This document shows positions 11,853 through 24,394 of a stretch of 64,000 bases of DNA, piece after piece. Both the position numbers and the translations under genes were made by a program. Each line of letters starts with the position of its first letter. Positions within the stretch are counted from its first letter, which is position 1. The stretch is from NCBI GenBank assembly GCA_051294375.1, contig CM119271.1, positions 1,234,721 to 1,298,720 on the forward strand, written 5' to 3'. Below the pieces are notes generated by a model. The model was not told the DNA's origin, did no database searches, and saw only the letters and a list, made by a program, of their open reading frames with translations. Source of the stretch: Paraspadella gotoi (Eukaryota > Animalia > Chaetognatha).

Positions 11853-13629
11853 ATGAAGGCGGCGCGACAAAGCTTCCGTCTTTTTTGCGGTCCCTCGACT
11901 CTCTCCGTCGACTTTCGGTCGCCACTCCCCGCCCCAAGGCGCTCGTCGACGTCGTCCGCGGCTTCCGCATCTCCACGACCCAAAGACCCTTCGGCAATGA
12001 CGGTGTTCGATAGAAAAGCCAAGGCCCTTCAGCGCGACCGCGCCGCGCTCAGGTTGAACGGGGACGAAAAACAATCAGTTATCAGAATACATATAAAAGC
12101 ACTAATTTCACATTGAGTAACTAATTAATTCTGTTTTTTTTTTTTTTCCGCAGGGAAGATCACGAAATCTACGATTATCTCCGCGAAGAGATCGGTTATC
12201 GAACCTACGATCGCCTCCTCGACATCAAGAGGACCTTCGATCTCGTCGTCGATCTCAGCGCTGGGAAGGGATTCGTCGGCAAGAACTTGACCAAGGTGGA
12301 GAGAAAAAAATTACATTTATACTTTTTATATATTATTGCCCACTGGGTGCCATGTCACGAACCAATTTCCGCAAAACTCTATTCGCAGATTAGCAATCTA
12401 ACCAACCCAATTACAATTTCAGGACACGTGCAAAAGACTGATTCAGTGCGATATTTCTCGCGAGATGTTGGCGCGATCCTCGAGACCGGAAGACCCCGAA
12501 GTGGAGTTGAAGAATCTCCTCATCGACGAGGACGAGACCTTGCAGAGTTTGCCCTTCGACGACAACTCTGTCGACGTCGTCGTCTCCAGTCTAGGTTCGA
12601 GAATTGTCCGTCAGTGGTTGTGAAAAGTAGAAAGATAGAGAAAGATTTCAAAGCATTGTTTTCTCCCCGTTGCCTTCGTCCCCAAGACTTTCGCTTTACT
12701 TTTTACCTTCCCCCTTCCCCAGTCAGGCCTCCACTGGGTCAACGACCTTCCCGGCTGCTTTCGTAACGTCTGGCGCTGCTTAAAGCCGGACTCTCCGTTT
12801 CTGGGCGCAATGTTCGGCGGAGAAACTTTGTTCGAGCTTCGCTGCTCGCTACAACAGGCCGAGCTCGAGCGTCGCGGCGGGTTCTCGCCGCGGATATCAC
12901 CCTTCGTCCAGATGCAGGACGTGGGCAGTTTGCTGACGAGGACGGGATTCAAGATGCTCACCGTCGACACTGACGAAATCGTGGTCGGGTACCCCTCGAT
13001 GTTCGAGTTAATGGGAGATTTAAAAGGTTTAAGCAGGCGGGTGTCTGTGGGACAAGTCGTGTAAACTCGTCAATTATACCGCGAGATCAATAAAATCTAA
13101 TATGTCAGGCATGGCGGAAAATAACGCGTCGTTGAAGCGGAGTCTCCACTTGAGCCGCGACTCGATCTTTGCCGCCGCCGCCGTCTACCAAGCCATGTAC
13201 GGGCGGAAGGACGAGGCCCCCGACGCGTCGTCTGCCATCAACGCTACTTTTCAGATTGTTTCATTCATTGGTAAGAGAGCGAGGATGATTTTTTGAGAAA
13301 ATTTTGAGCATTTTGTTAACGTGGCAAGTTCATCGTGGAGTCGAGGGTAGATAAAGTACTAAATAAAAATTTAATAACTTGAACGAAACAATTTTGCCTT
13401 ATTACATTAATACAATTTAGGATGGAAGCCAGGCCCCAATCAACCGAAGCCCGCCCAACGCGGCTCAGCGACCGCCTCTTTAAAAGACATTGAAAAATTC
13501 GCTTCCTCCACGGCGGAGACCGAGACTCCGGTGATGCAAGAGAATATCGATCAATTCGTCAAGGATTTGCGGGAATCCCTTGCGAAATCGAGGCAAGACG
13601 ACGACGGAAGCGATGGCAAAAAAGGATGA
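11853..13629 (+). CDS. NDUFAF5: Mitochondrial complex I assembly factor NDUFAF5 (SAM-dependent), 6 exons
   Basis: Exons ~11853-12052, 12154-12295, 12423-12593, 12727-13026, 13129-13270, 13421-13629. Targeting-like N-terminus, [72 protein letters not shown]. Confidence 0.93.
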
Positions 13630-13833
13630 TAAATCGTAGCATTACATAGATTTATATAATATATTGAGTCTTAGCGTTTGTTAATTGAGATTTCGACATC
13701 CGCTCCAGTTCATGCGTCGTAATGACTAATGACGATTGTTATTTATTTCATACATAAAGATGAAGAAAAACTTGTTTTTATTAGGGATTTTAATCATGTT
13801 AAAAGGAAAAAAACAGCCAAAAAAAAACGTAAA

Positions 13834-16322
13834 ATGACTTCTGTCATTAACCTGCCCAAAGTCAAATTGTCGGGTTTCCTTTTCGCCGACGTTGTCCTCT
13901 CTTTGACATTGACTCAACAAAGTCTCCTCGTCGTCTTCCTCCTTCTTTCCCTCTCCGTCGCCTTCAAACCCGCCCTCAGCCTCTTCTGGGTTTATTCCAT
14001 CCTCATCGTCTCCTTCGTTCTTGCTTGGACCAAGCTCGAGCGATGGCGAACGCGCCCGGTGCCGGCGTCGTCTCATCGACGGGCGCTGCGATTTTTGGGC
14101 GACGCCCAGCGGCGGCTTCGTAAGGCGTTGCGGTTGCCGGCGGCGGAGGATGCGTCGCCGAAGCCTCGCGACTCCCTCGACCTTTCTCTCCAACTCTCCA
14201 TGTTCCTTCAAGCCTTCCTCGCCGACTTCGTGGATTCATGGTTCGTCGAGATCGCCGCCGACTCCGCCCTTCGCGACCGCATCGTCCTCGCCCTCCGCTC
14301 CGTCGTCGACGACGCGACTGAGCGAATCTCCGCCCTTCGACTCGAGCGCGTCGTCGCCAAGATCCTCCGTCTCTACGCCGTCTTCCTTTTTCAGATCTCC
14401 GAGGCTCGTCGCTCTTTTCGTTCCAAGAGCCTCTTCGATTCGAACCGACGTCTTAAGCGCCTCCGCACCCTCGAGGAAGCCTTCGAGATCAATTTCGGCC
14501 TCCACCCGGTCGTCCGCTCCGCCGTCTCACTCGGAGGAGTCGTTTCGGAAAAATCCCCGGTAAAAAAAACTCGGCGTCGTTCGCGGCGCCGATCCTTTCT
14601 CTCCGCCGTCAACGAGACGCCGGTGAGCGGCTACGACTACTTTCGCGCTCTCTTCTCCGTCTTGGTGGAATTGGAAGAGGCTCGCCTGCCCGTCTCGCGC
14701 TTAGTCAGAGACGCCCTCGCCGATATCGTGGCTCATAACGCCCTTATGCCGATCATGCCCAAGATAACGGAACCGGCTTTTCTGTACGAGTGCGTGTCGG
14801 ACTCTTTGGCGCCCGCGTCTAAGGAGACCTTGCTGTCCATGCTCGAGACGGAAAAAACATGGTCGGAAATGCAAGCCTCCGCGGTGTCTGGATCCGATGC
14901 GCCGACTTCGTCGCCAAAGCCAATGGACGTTTCTCAGGATTCCCTGGAGATAAGCGACTCTCGACAGGATTCCATGATGTCGTCCGCGTCCTCGGATGGT
15001 ATTTTCTTCTCCGGCGCGAGCCCACCTTCAGACGGTTATTTGGGCACGGACGAGTCTCCAATGGTCGAAGGCGCGAACGACCCGTCGACTGAAGAGACCG
15101 CGCCCGAAAACTGCATGAACCTCGCCGACCTCGAGATCGAGATCGCCGTGGCGCCGGCCTCGCCGCATTTCACATTTTCCCAGTTCCAAGATTACGTCGA
15201 CGTCTCACTCTCCACGTCCGCTCTCACGGCCTTTCAAGAGGCCGCGTTGAATGACGCTCTTAAGGACATCGATGCGGAGGGAACCGGGTGGGTTTGGTTT
15301 TTATAAGGGCGGAAAACATGTTGTCACAGTTAACATCCTCTATGACGTTAAATATTAAATATTCCTTTTATTTGCGTCTATTTTTAGCGACGATCAGGAC
15401 GGAGACGCGAATCCTGCGCACGATGTTGCTGTCCTCCCCGACTCTCCTCCAATTGATTTAGTCTTTGGTAGTCCCGATCAATCGAGTCTCGAACCCGAAG
15501 TCAAGCGCACATCGATGGATTCCATTCTCGAGGATCACGCCCGATCCGGCCCCTCGTCGCCCGATTTGTCTCGTCAGCGAAAGCACTCCGCATGGGCTTC
15601 GTGTCCGGACCTGGCCACTGAAGCTGCGCCTGAAGTCCAGATGGAAGCGTCCGTTGCGACGTCGCAAAGCGAACCTCGATCTTCGGAAGATCTCGTACTC
15701 GACGACTACGATTGCCTCAGCGTCGCCGAACTCCCCGAGGACCGGCCCGAGCATTATCGTCCCCATTTTTTCGTCCCGGCGCCGGAAGAAACGAAGCCGG
15801 TCTCGTCGACGGAGCCGGCCTCGAGCTGCTTGACCTCTAGCTTGGCCGAGTTTGATCCTTCGTCGGCGGATCGACTTTTTCTTTCCGTCATGATTCCCGA
15901 TACGATCCTCTGCCGGGATCCTCACTCGGGACTTAAGTTCACCCTCTACGCGATCCACTACTCGGCCGTCTATCCCTGCGGCCCCGGCGGCGCCCTAGAG
16001 CCCCGCGTCGGCATCGTTAAGCGCCGGTTCCGCGAGTTCCTTACCCTGCATGAGCGACTAGAAAACTCCAACGCCTTCCGCTACAGTCTTAAGGAAGTCA
16101 AGGGGCCCAGCAAGTGGAGCGGCAACCTGCCCTGGACCAACTTGGACAAGAACCTTATCGAGAGCCGCCGCAAATCTTTGGAGAACTATTTGAAGAGCCT
16201 CGTGGTGCTGAACGACATCAGTTGCTCTCAACCATTGAGGGAGTTCTTGGCCTACGACGCGGACCCAAGGATCGCCTTTGTCAGCAAGGTGGTGTTTTTA
16301 TTTGTTATGCAACAATCAAACG

Positions 16323-16374
<52 letters not shown>

Positions 16375-17829
16375 GGGATCATAAACTACGTAAACTGAGA
16401 GGCTTTGCAATTAAATTTAATTGCAAACCCTCTCAGTTGGGTTGTTTCTGCTATTTTAATTTTCTGTTACCATTGATTTTATAAACAAAATCGTAGGCCC
16501 CAAGCTACTCGAACATGTTTCGTCTCGATCGTTTCTTCACCAAAGGGTTGAAAGGATCGCTGGAGGAAGTGCTCACGGTTCAGGCAACCACGGCGAGATC
16601 AACTAGGTACATCATCGGTTTTGCTTAAATACCAATGTGCTTATAGTATCTAATATTTGCAATTTAATTGTTATAAAAATTTATTCCCTTGACATATTTT
16701 TATTCAAAGCTCCTCGCGCCGATCTCGAGCCAAACGCAAAACGAAAGTCGTTGTCGCTGAAGAACCGAGTCCGACGCGGCCGCCTTCGCCGGATTTCTCG
16801 GCGGAATCGGCGACGAATCAACGACCGAAACTCTCGGCGCCGGTTTTTCGCGGCAAAGAGCTTTCGGCGTCTTCCTCGGCCGTCTCGACGCCTCGAACGC
16901 GGTCGCCCGTTCCGGAATCGGGCGAGAGATCCCTCCTGCCCGCTCACCTTTCCCCATTCGCGGGCGTCGTCACCGACGAGGATCTCTTGAAGCAGGGAGT
17001 CTTAGATCTCGAATTCGCCGCCGCTGCACGGCCGTCCGTCGACGGTCTCGCCCCGCTCCACGTGCCACGCGGACCCCGTTTTCGGTGGGGACCTCGAGGA
17101 AAGAAAGAGCAGGATCGACGATCGCGGGACTTTCGCCAGGGCGGGGGGAAGACGCCGCCGAGTCGTGCGCTGGAAAAGCAATGTGAACTGTACGAGAATC
17201 GCCGGGCAGGAAGAAAACCGCGAAGGGGCGTGGAGGCGGGAGACTTGGACGATTTTTTATTTTCGAATCCCGTCGAATCGGACGAGGAGAAGTTTTACGA
17301 CGCTATCGACGAAATCAGCGCCGCTAACAAAGCGGAGGCGTCACTGGGAAGCCGTACCGCGCTCATCGACGCCACGGTGGACATCCTTTGCGAGACAACG
17401 CGAGGCCGACCGTTTTGGATCAACCACGAGGCGCTCCTCGCCAAGTTCCGACTCGTTTTCGGGGAATTCTTCGACGAGTCGCTGAATGTGGAACTAAAGG
17501 AGCTGACGACCGAATCTAGATGGGCCTACTACGTCGGTCTGGCCCGGACGACCCTCTGGCCGGAGGAGGAGAAGCCCGAGCTGCGGGCGACCGTCGAGGA
17601 GACGCGACGAAGAGCCTTCGACGCTGTCTTCGGATTCCTGCCTCGCGTCTTGGTGGAGCTGATCGGAAGGAGCGAGGTGGAGGCCTGCGTCGACGCACTG
17701 CTCGATTCCGTCGCCAATAAAAACCTGAACCTTCATTTCTTTCTCACGTTGATCGAAATGATTCTTGAAGATTTGTTCCCTGAGGTGGATTTTTTGGCGC
17801 GAATCAAAGAGAGGCTTGATGGGCAATAG
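13834..17829 (+). CDS. SNX19: Sorting nexin 19-like (TM hairpin-PXA-PX-PXC, no RGS domain), ~4 exons
   Basis: Exons ~13834-15287, 15388-16288, 16496-16605, 16710-17829. Two N-terminal TM segments, PXA (DFVDSWF), PX RRFREFLTLHERLE..VKGP..EFLA.D.D.RIAFV, and C-terminal nexin domain (N..LN.H....LIE..L..LFPE). Confidence 0.85.
16325..16373. repeat. (AAT)n microsatellite in SNX19 intron
   Basis: About 16 perfect units. Confidence 0.95.
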
Positions 17830-18080
17830 AAGTGGCAACTGCGCTTCTGCAGTTTTATTTGTATTGTTTCATTGTTATCTTTTTTGAATTTTAAAATCAT
17901 TTCTTCCCAAAGCCGTCCATTTTTTACGGGTCAATTAAATAGTTTTATTGGTTTTACCAAATCCATAGAAAATACCCTCAGACGTATTTCTGGTGTTTTA
18001 TTTCTACTCCGGTTATTCTTTTACATTTCGTAGCAAGTTTCATAATTCGAACTCGAAATTTAAAAAAAAAAGAAGTGAAA

Positions 18081-18864
18081 ATGGAGTTTTTGATCGGAAT
18101 TCAAGGCCCCGACTTCGTCATCATGGCCGCCGACATGATTTCGGCGAGGAGCATCTTGACGATGAAACACGACTCCAACAAGATGTATTCGCTCAGCGGG
18201 AAGACGTTGATGGGAGTCGTCGGCGATTCCGGAGACGCCGCGCAGGCGAGTTGCTTGTCTTGTCAGCCATGTTGGTGACCGATAGGCGTCCGGTAATCTC
18301 ATTAAAATAACTTTTAAAGATTCACGTATAATTTGCGTTTTTGAAACCTTTCTCAATAATCGGTACTTAATCGGTCTTAATCGGTCTTAATCTCGCTTTC
18401 CTCGCTCGTAGTTCGCCGAGTACATCGGAAAGAACGTGCAACTCTACAAATACCGCAACGGGTACGAGCTCTCGCCCAAAGCGACGGCCCACTACACCCG
18501 CAAGAACCTGGCGGACTTTCTGCGCAGCCGCCACCCTTACCACGTCAATCTCCTCGTCGGCGGTTGGGACGAGAATGACGGACCGGGCCTTTTCTATATG
18601 GACTACTTGGCTTCGTCGAATCAACTACCCTTCGCCGCCCACGGCTACGGCTCATTCTTCTCCATGTCGGTCATGGATCGCTACTACCACCCCAATCTCT
18701 CCGTGGAGGAAGCCAAGGGCGTCCTTCAAAAATGCGTGGACGAGGTGCAGGCTCGCTTCCTGGTCAATCTGCCCAGCTTCTCCATGAAAGTGGTTGACAA
18801 GGACGGGATCAAGGACGCCGGCGTGTTAAAGCCCAAACCGTTCGTCGTGCCGACGCAAGCGTAG
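18081..18864 (+). CDS. PSMB2: Proteasome subunit beta type-2, 2 exons, GC-AG intron
   Basis: [13 protein letters not shown]...GDAAQ (18081-18245) joins [22 protein letters not shown] (18412-18864). The intron starts gcgagt and ends cgtag. Confidence 0.96.
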
Positions 18865-19037
18865 AGATTGTAGATGAAAACGAATTCAGATAAATAGGAA
18901 TGTAATTCGAGTTGGTTTTTCGACCAATGTTGTGGATAACTTGATTATTTGAAATCTCGTTACATGTGTGTCATATTGTCGATTCGCTGTCTTTTCATTT
19001 TATGTCCCTATTTTTCAGATTTATTAATTAATTAATC

Positions 19038-20087
19038 ATGCAGTCAGAGATGGACTTGGCGACGCGGTTCGGCCTGATGGAGAGTTTCGTTCTCGATGCC
19101 CTCGCGGATTTAGCTACGAAACTTTCCAACGTCCTTTCCACTTCGAGGCTGTTCCTTCTCGTAGAGCCCCACGCGGGTGGGCGTCGCATTTACGGGAGCT
19201 CCGGTCTTTGCCGTTCTTTCCTCAACCGCCACCTATTGCCCGATGGTTCTGAGGTGGGAGATCACGTTCAATCCATGAGGGATTTTGACGAGAGGATTGA
19301 GGAAAGTCACTGGTTTCCGTCCTCGATTTTATCCGGACCCATGAGGTCAAGTGAGACTCCCATTCGATCTCTCCCGCTTAAAAGAAAATCGTCAATTAGC
19401 CGAGAGGGTGCAGGCGATTCTTGTTCTTCGTCCCAAAATAAAATACAACGCCTCTCCACGGTCTATTCAAGAAACACCCACGCGTTTCAGGTAGAAAACG
19501 CAGGTGCTAATTCGAGTATTGAAGTTAAGCCAAACTTCGCCCACGACGAAGACGATTGTATAATCGTTCCGGACGCGTCTAACGAAGGTCCCAAGATATC
19601 CAATCATTCCAATCATCTCGTTGTCAAGACATATGCCAATGTTGACCGCCATTCTCCGGCCACTCAAGAAAGGCCTCACTGCAGCCGCGAGTCTCACGGC
19701 CCTCTCGAAAGTCTTGGAAAAATAGAGTCGGCGCGACGATCGCTCCTTGGCTTTCTCGACCGCAACGAAAGGGCGAGCGCCCTTCGAAACTCGGCCGACC
19801 CTTCGATTTTCGTGAAAAATTCGATTATGTACAAGCAGTTGGTATCTCTCATCTGGGAATACAGCAAGGAGTGCTCCAAGCTTTTGCCGCGAAATGAAAA
19901 GTGCGACTCGCAATTTATCGACTTCAGTTTCGATCACTTCTGGAAATTCTTTCCCGCCTTTGAGATTTTCGACGATGGGCGGACCCTCTTGAATGTCGGG
20001 CCTAAATTTAGGAATCCACGAGGGTTTTTCAGAGCCAAGTTTTGCAGTAATATGAGGGATCATACGAGGAGAGTGAACAGATGGTGA
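19038..20087 (+). CDS. Uncharacterised 349-aa protein, intronless, paralogue A of a tandem pair
   Basis: Long ORF sharing N- and C-terminal blocks with the 20485-21513 gene. Contains basic KRK patch. Confidence 0.8.
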   Translation: MQSEMDLATRFGLMESFVLDALADLATKLSNVLSTSRLFLLVEPHAGGRRIYGSSGLCRSFLNRHLLPDGSEVGDHVQSMRDFDERIEESHWFPSSILSGPMRSSETPIRSLPLKRKSSISREGAGDSCSSSQNKIQRLSTVYSRNTHAFQVENAGANSSIEVKPNFAHDEDDCIIVPDASNEGPKISNHSNHLVVKTYANVDRHSPATQERPHCSRESHGPLESLGKIESARRSLLGFLDRNERASALRNSADPSIFVKNSIMYKQLVSLIWEYSKECSKLLPRNEKCDSQFIDFSFDHFWKFFPAFEIFDDGRTLLNVGPKFRNPRGFFRAKFCSNMRDHTRRVNRW

Positions 20088-20484
20088 AGTGAAATACGAA
20101 TGCTCTTTTCGCACAGAGGTAGCATGTTAAAATCTAAAAGATAACTAAGATCCAACTTCCCTTCTGACACCAACAATAACAATTGTCCACGTAGTAAAAA
20201 AAAGTATTGCCTCTTTTTGGAACCAAAAAAAATCATTTTTTTCCCGTACCACGGACATACATGTTATACTGTTATTTCGTTTGTTATTAGTTAGTTCAGT
20301 TCTGTCAGTTCTGTGATAAAATATTATTATTATTCTTTATTCAACTATTGATAATTTATTTCAGCATCTCTTCGGGTTTACCCTTTATGGATAAGAATTT
20401 ATATGCTGATATCATACAATCCAAAATGCATTGGTTCTTATAACCGTTAGTTTTTTTTTCGTTCAATCTCGTCGAAAAAATACT

Positions 20485-21513
20485 ATGGTTGAAATGCAGC
20501 CCGATGAGATGAACTTGGCCACGAGATTCCGCCTCCTCGAAGGCTGCGTCCTCGACGCCATGGCGGAGATGGCGACCAAACTCTCCCGCCTCCTTCCCGA
20601 CTCGAGTCTTTTCCTTCTCGTGGACAGTCCGAGCGGCGGACGACGCCTCCACGGCAACCCCGACCTCTGCCAAGCCTTTGTCGATCACCGACTCCTGCCC
20701 AACGGGGCGGAGATGGGCGACCACCTACAACAGCCTCTCCACCATCCAGAAAGTTTCGACGCCGTAGACGTATTTTCGGCGCCGCTCGTTTCGCCGGAAG
20801 TGGCGACGGAACTGGAGGAGCGACTCCGAACGGCGCCGCGAAAACGAAAATCGGTCTCCGGCGTCGAAGAATCGGTCGATCATCCGGCATCGTCGTCTTC
20901 GCTCTTCAAAATCCGGCGACTTTCTCCGGTCAAATCGGAAAATTCGAGCAAATCGGATGTGATTCTGGCGGAGAACGGGATCGTCGATCCGGAAGCGAAG
21001 GAGGCGGAAGACGCCGCCGAACGCGACGCCCTCGCTCTCGTCCTCAAGGAAGAACCGGACGCCGAGTCGGTGAGGGTGGGGTCTGGAGCTGCTGCTGCTG
21101 CTTTTGCTGTTGTTGTTGTTGTTGTTGTTGTTGTTAAATCTCAATAATTCTTCCTCGAGGTTCGCCAACTGCTCCACGGCTTCCTCGACTCCAGCACCAA
21201 AGCCTCGGCCATCAAAGAGTCCTCCGACCCGACCATCTTCTGTAAGAACTCCGTCATGTACAAAGTGCTCTCCTCGCTCATTTGGGACTACAGCAAGGAA
21301 TGTGTCAAACTCTTGCCGCTCGACGAAAAGTCCAAGCCCTCCTTCTCCGCCTACGCCTTCGATCTCCTCTGGAAGTTTTTTCCCGCCTTCGAAATCTACG
21401 ACGGTAACACGCCCTCGATAAACACTGGCGGGTGCTTCCGGTCGCCGCGGGGATTCTTCAAGAACATGTTTTGGAACCGTTTAAAGGATCAGACAACGCG
21501 GCGAAAGAGATAA
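20485..21513 (+). CDS. Uncharacterised protein, paralogue B, 2 exons
   Basis: Exons 20485-21069 and 21160-21513 (phase 0, intron with GCT/GTT repeats). EMNLATRF.L.E..VLDA.A..ATKLS..LFLLV...GGRR..G...LC and DP.IF.KNS.MYK.L.SLIW.YSKEC.KLLP...W.FFPAFEI.D are shared with paralogue A. Confidence 0.8.
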
Positions 21514-21960
21514 CGGGCCGGCGGAGCGGGGAGCGGGCCGAGATCAATCGATGTCCGATTTTATCATATCGTTAAATTTAGAAATATCGAAATATATTAC
21601 CATGCTGCGATTTTTCATAACGTTTAAACTTTTAGACTCGAACTAAATTCTTAATAAACAAAACCAGTTTTACTTCGAACTTGTTTGATCATATCTTCCC
21701 CTCCCTAAAAAATAATTCATCGTTGCGCAATTCATTCTTCCGCCATTCATTACTTGTCAAAAAAAAACATTCTCTACCGATGATTTTCATTGATATTTAT
21801 TTTAAAAATTTAACCGCGTAAAAAGTTTACTTCGCAAACGAAAAAATAAATACCAGTCTATATTTCCTCATAGATTGTCAGTCGATTACGCCCCCCTTCA
21901 TCTCTCTCCCCCTCTGGATAAACAACATCCTCACTCCCATAAACTTCGCATGGCAACGAG

Positions 21961-23983
21961 ATGCGGCTGACGGACACGGTCGTTCGCAGCTTCGCGATCG
22001 CCAAACTCTTTCGCGACAACAAGGACAAAATCAATTCGATCGACTTTTCTAGCGATGGTGGGACCCTCGTCACCAGCAGTGACGATGACTCCATCGTTCT
22101 CTACGACTGTTACGAGGGAGCGCAGTCCAAGCATCTTTACAGGTTTTTTAAAAACGAAACTTTCTACTTTCGATGAGCTTTGTTTTATTTTTTATTTACA
22201 TATTTCTAATTTACATGATTTTTGGGTAATTTTTAATGCGACAAAATAATAAAATCTTTGAAATTGAAGCAACTTTTAAATAGTGTTAGGTTAATGTACT
22301 TCTGTTAAATAAGTCTCTCTCCTAACAAACATCAACAGTAAAAAGTACGGAGTCGACTTGATCCGATTGACCCACACCTCGGACACGGCCGTCCACGCCT
22401 CCACCAAAGTGGACGACACAATTCGGTATCTCTCCCTCCACGACAATAAGTACATTCGCTACTTCCAGGGACACACCAAGAAGGTCACCTGCCTCTCCAT
22501 GTCCCCGACTGAAGAGCTCTTCTTGTCTGGTGAGTGATGCACCAACTATCAACTATAATGTCGAATTTCAAAATATTCTATTTAACTTAGCTTTTGCTTA
22601 AGTTGTAAGGAGCGGCAGGCCATCCTCCGAAAGGAAACCAAGTCCGATTAATATGGCCCACTGGGTTAAATTAGTAAAATTCTTAGTCCGCCAGACGGAG
22701 AGGCTCACCAAAAATGTAGCGTACGAAAATGATGAGTGAAGACGAAGGATATCGTAGACCACATAATATATTTTCCATGAGGAAAAGGCAAACGTACAAA
22801 AGGATCGAATATCGACGAATGCGAAAATCTCTATCGGCGAGAGAGGAAGAGGATAGAGAAGAGGAGGAAGAGGAGAATAGGAGAGAGGAAGATCGAGAGA
22901 GATCGCCGGAGACTACAGGATAATAATTAATAAGTTATTATTAAAAACTTTAATTAAAAGTTATTGTGTAATTTCTTTAGTTTCGTTGCGTATTGAAATT
23001 GTTTGATGCAAGAAAATTTATTAGTTTTTACAACAACAAATTTTTAGAAACGTTCTAAAAAAACGCACATGTTTCGGCTTCGATGAAAGCGCGCTGATGA
23101 AGGCTTGTAACATCAAAGCCTAAACATGTCCGTTTTTTTTTATGTTTCGAACAAACTAATAAATTTTCTTGCATCAAACATTTGAAAGTTAAAAAATTCC
23201 TGACGGATCTAATCTTCCACATGCCCAGGATCCTTGGATCGAACGCTCCGGTTGTGGGATCTTCGCTCTCAAAACTGTCAGGGTCTGATGAATCTTCCAT
23301 CCCGCCCAGTGGCAGCCTTCGACCCCGAGGGACTCATCTTCGGCGTCGGCATGGATTCTCAAACCATCAAACTCTACGATCTCAGAACCTTCGACAAGGG
23401 ACCATTCTCCACTTTCAGGTGAGAACTTCGGACTGTGGAATCATTTCCTAAATGGAAAAAAGAAAATGCCAAATGCCATTATTATTACCTGCTCCAACCC
23501 CGACCCAAAGACTGGAGGCGGAGAACGATTGCGACTGGACCGGCCTAAAGTTCAGCCCCGACGGTCGCTACATCCTCATCTCCACCAACGGCTCCGTCAT
23601 TCGTCTCGTCGACGCCTTCAACGGACAACACAAGCACAGTCTTCCAGGTCACACCAACGAGCAAGGCTCTGCTCTCGAAGCCTCCTTCTCTCCCGACAGT
23701 CACTTTGTATTTTCGGGTATGTTTAATGTAGGCATTACTTTCCCTGTGTGAACGACTATAACACCACACCCCCTCGGGGGGCCCCCCCCCTTTTTTTTTT
23801 TTAAACTTAGGGACGTCTGAAGGCACCGTCACCTGTTGGCAGGTTGAGTCGGGCGCGAGCACCGTCCTCCCCAACAATCTCCACAATGGGCCCGTCCAGT
23901 GCTGCCAGTTCAACCCCAAATACATGATGATGGTCACCGCGTGTCAATTTGTCGCCTTCTGGTTGCCCGAGCAGGACGAATGA
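21961..23983 (+). CDS. WDR82: WD repeat protein 82 (SET1/COMPASS, PNUTS-PP1 subunit), 5 exons
   Basis: Exons ~21961-22142, 22338-22529, 23230-23418, 23511-23716, 23811-23983. Motifs [60 protein letters not shown]...AFWLP. Confidence 0.95.
23091..23133 (+). ncRNA. Penelope-type minimal hammerhead ribozyme motif, probably inactive (GAAA to TAAA)
   Basis: CTGATGA-AGGCTT-gtaacatca-AAGCC-TAAA-CATG-TC in WDR82 intron 2. An inverted half copy (acatgtttcggctt) lies at 23067-23080. Confidence 0.6.
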
Positions 23984-24394
23984 ACATTTGTTTTCCAATC
24001 CAAAACTCGGAGCGGCGAAAAAAGAATTGTCAAGAAAAACCAAAATTTCAGCTGCAAAAAAAAATTAAAATTTCTTCGTTCGGTGTTTCCGAAAAAAAGG
24101 AACTTTTTCCGCCGTTGAGTCGTTTTCTCCCCCCCCCCATCGCCGATCTGTTATTATTTTTAATCATTTCCGTTTTCCGCCTGTTTTTTGTTGTTGCCGG
24201 ATTATTTACCCCCCCCTCCCCCAAACAAAAAAAATTTACTGATAAGTATCGTTTTCTCGTTGATCCCACGGTACGTTTTATTTTACAAGATTAACTTTAC
24301 CTCCAGTTCTCGTTATGTAGGGACACCTTGGGCTTTTCTTATTAGACTAGCAAACTTTTTGTCTGTTTTTAAGTAAGTTTCAACGGATGGAAGA

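Noticed and set aside
13729-13833. Longer N-termini from the ORF track for SNX19 (13729) and paralogue B (20431)
   Set aside because: AT-rich, UTR-like sequence; the downstream ATGs (13834, 20485) fit composition and paralogue alignment better.
22729-22923. Glu/Arg-rich 64-aa ORF in WDR82 intron
   Set aside because: Purine-rich repeat-derived tract that is not needed for the WDR82 reading frame.
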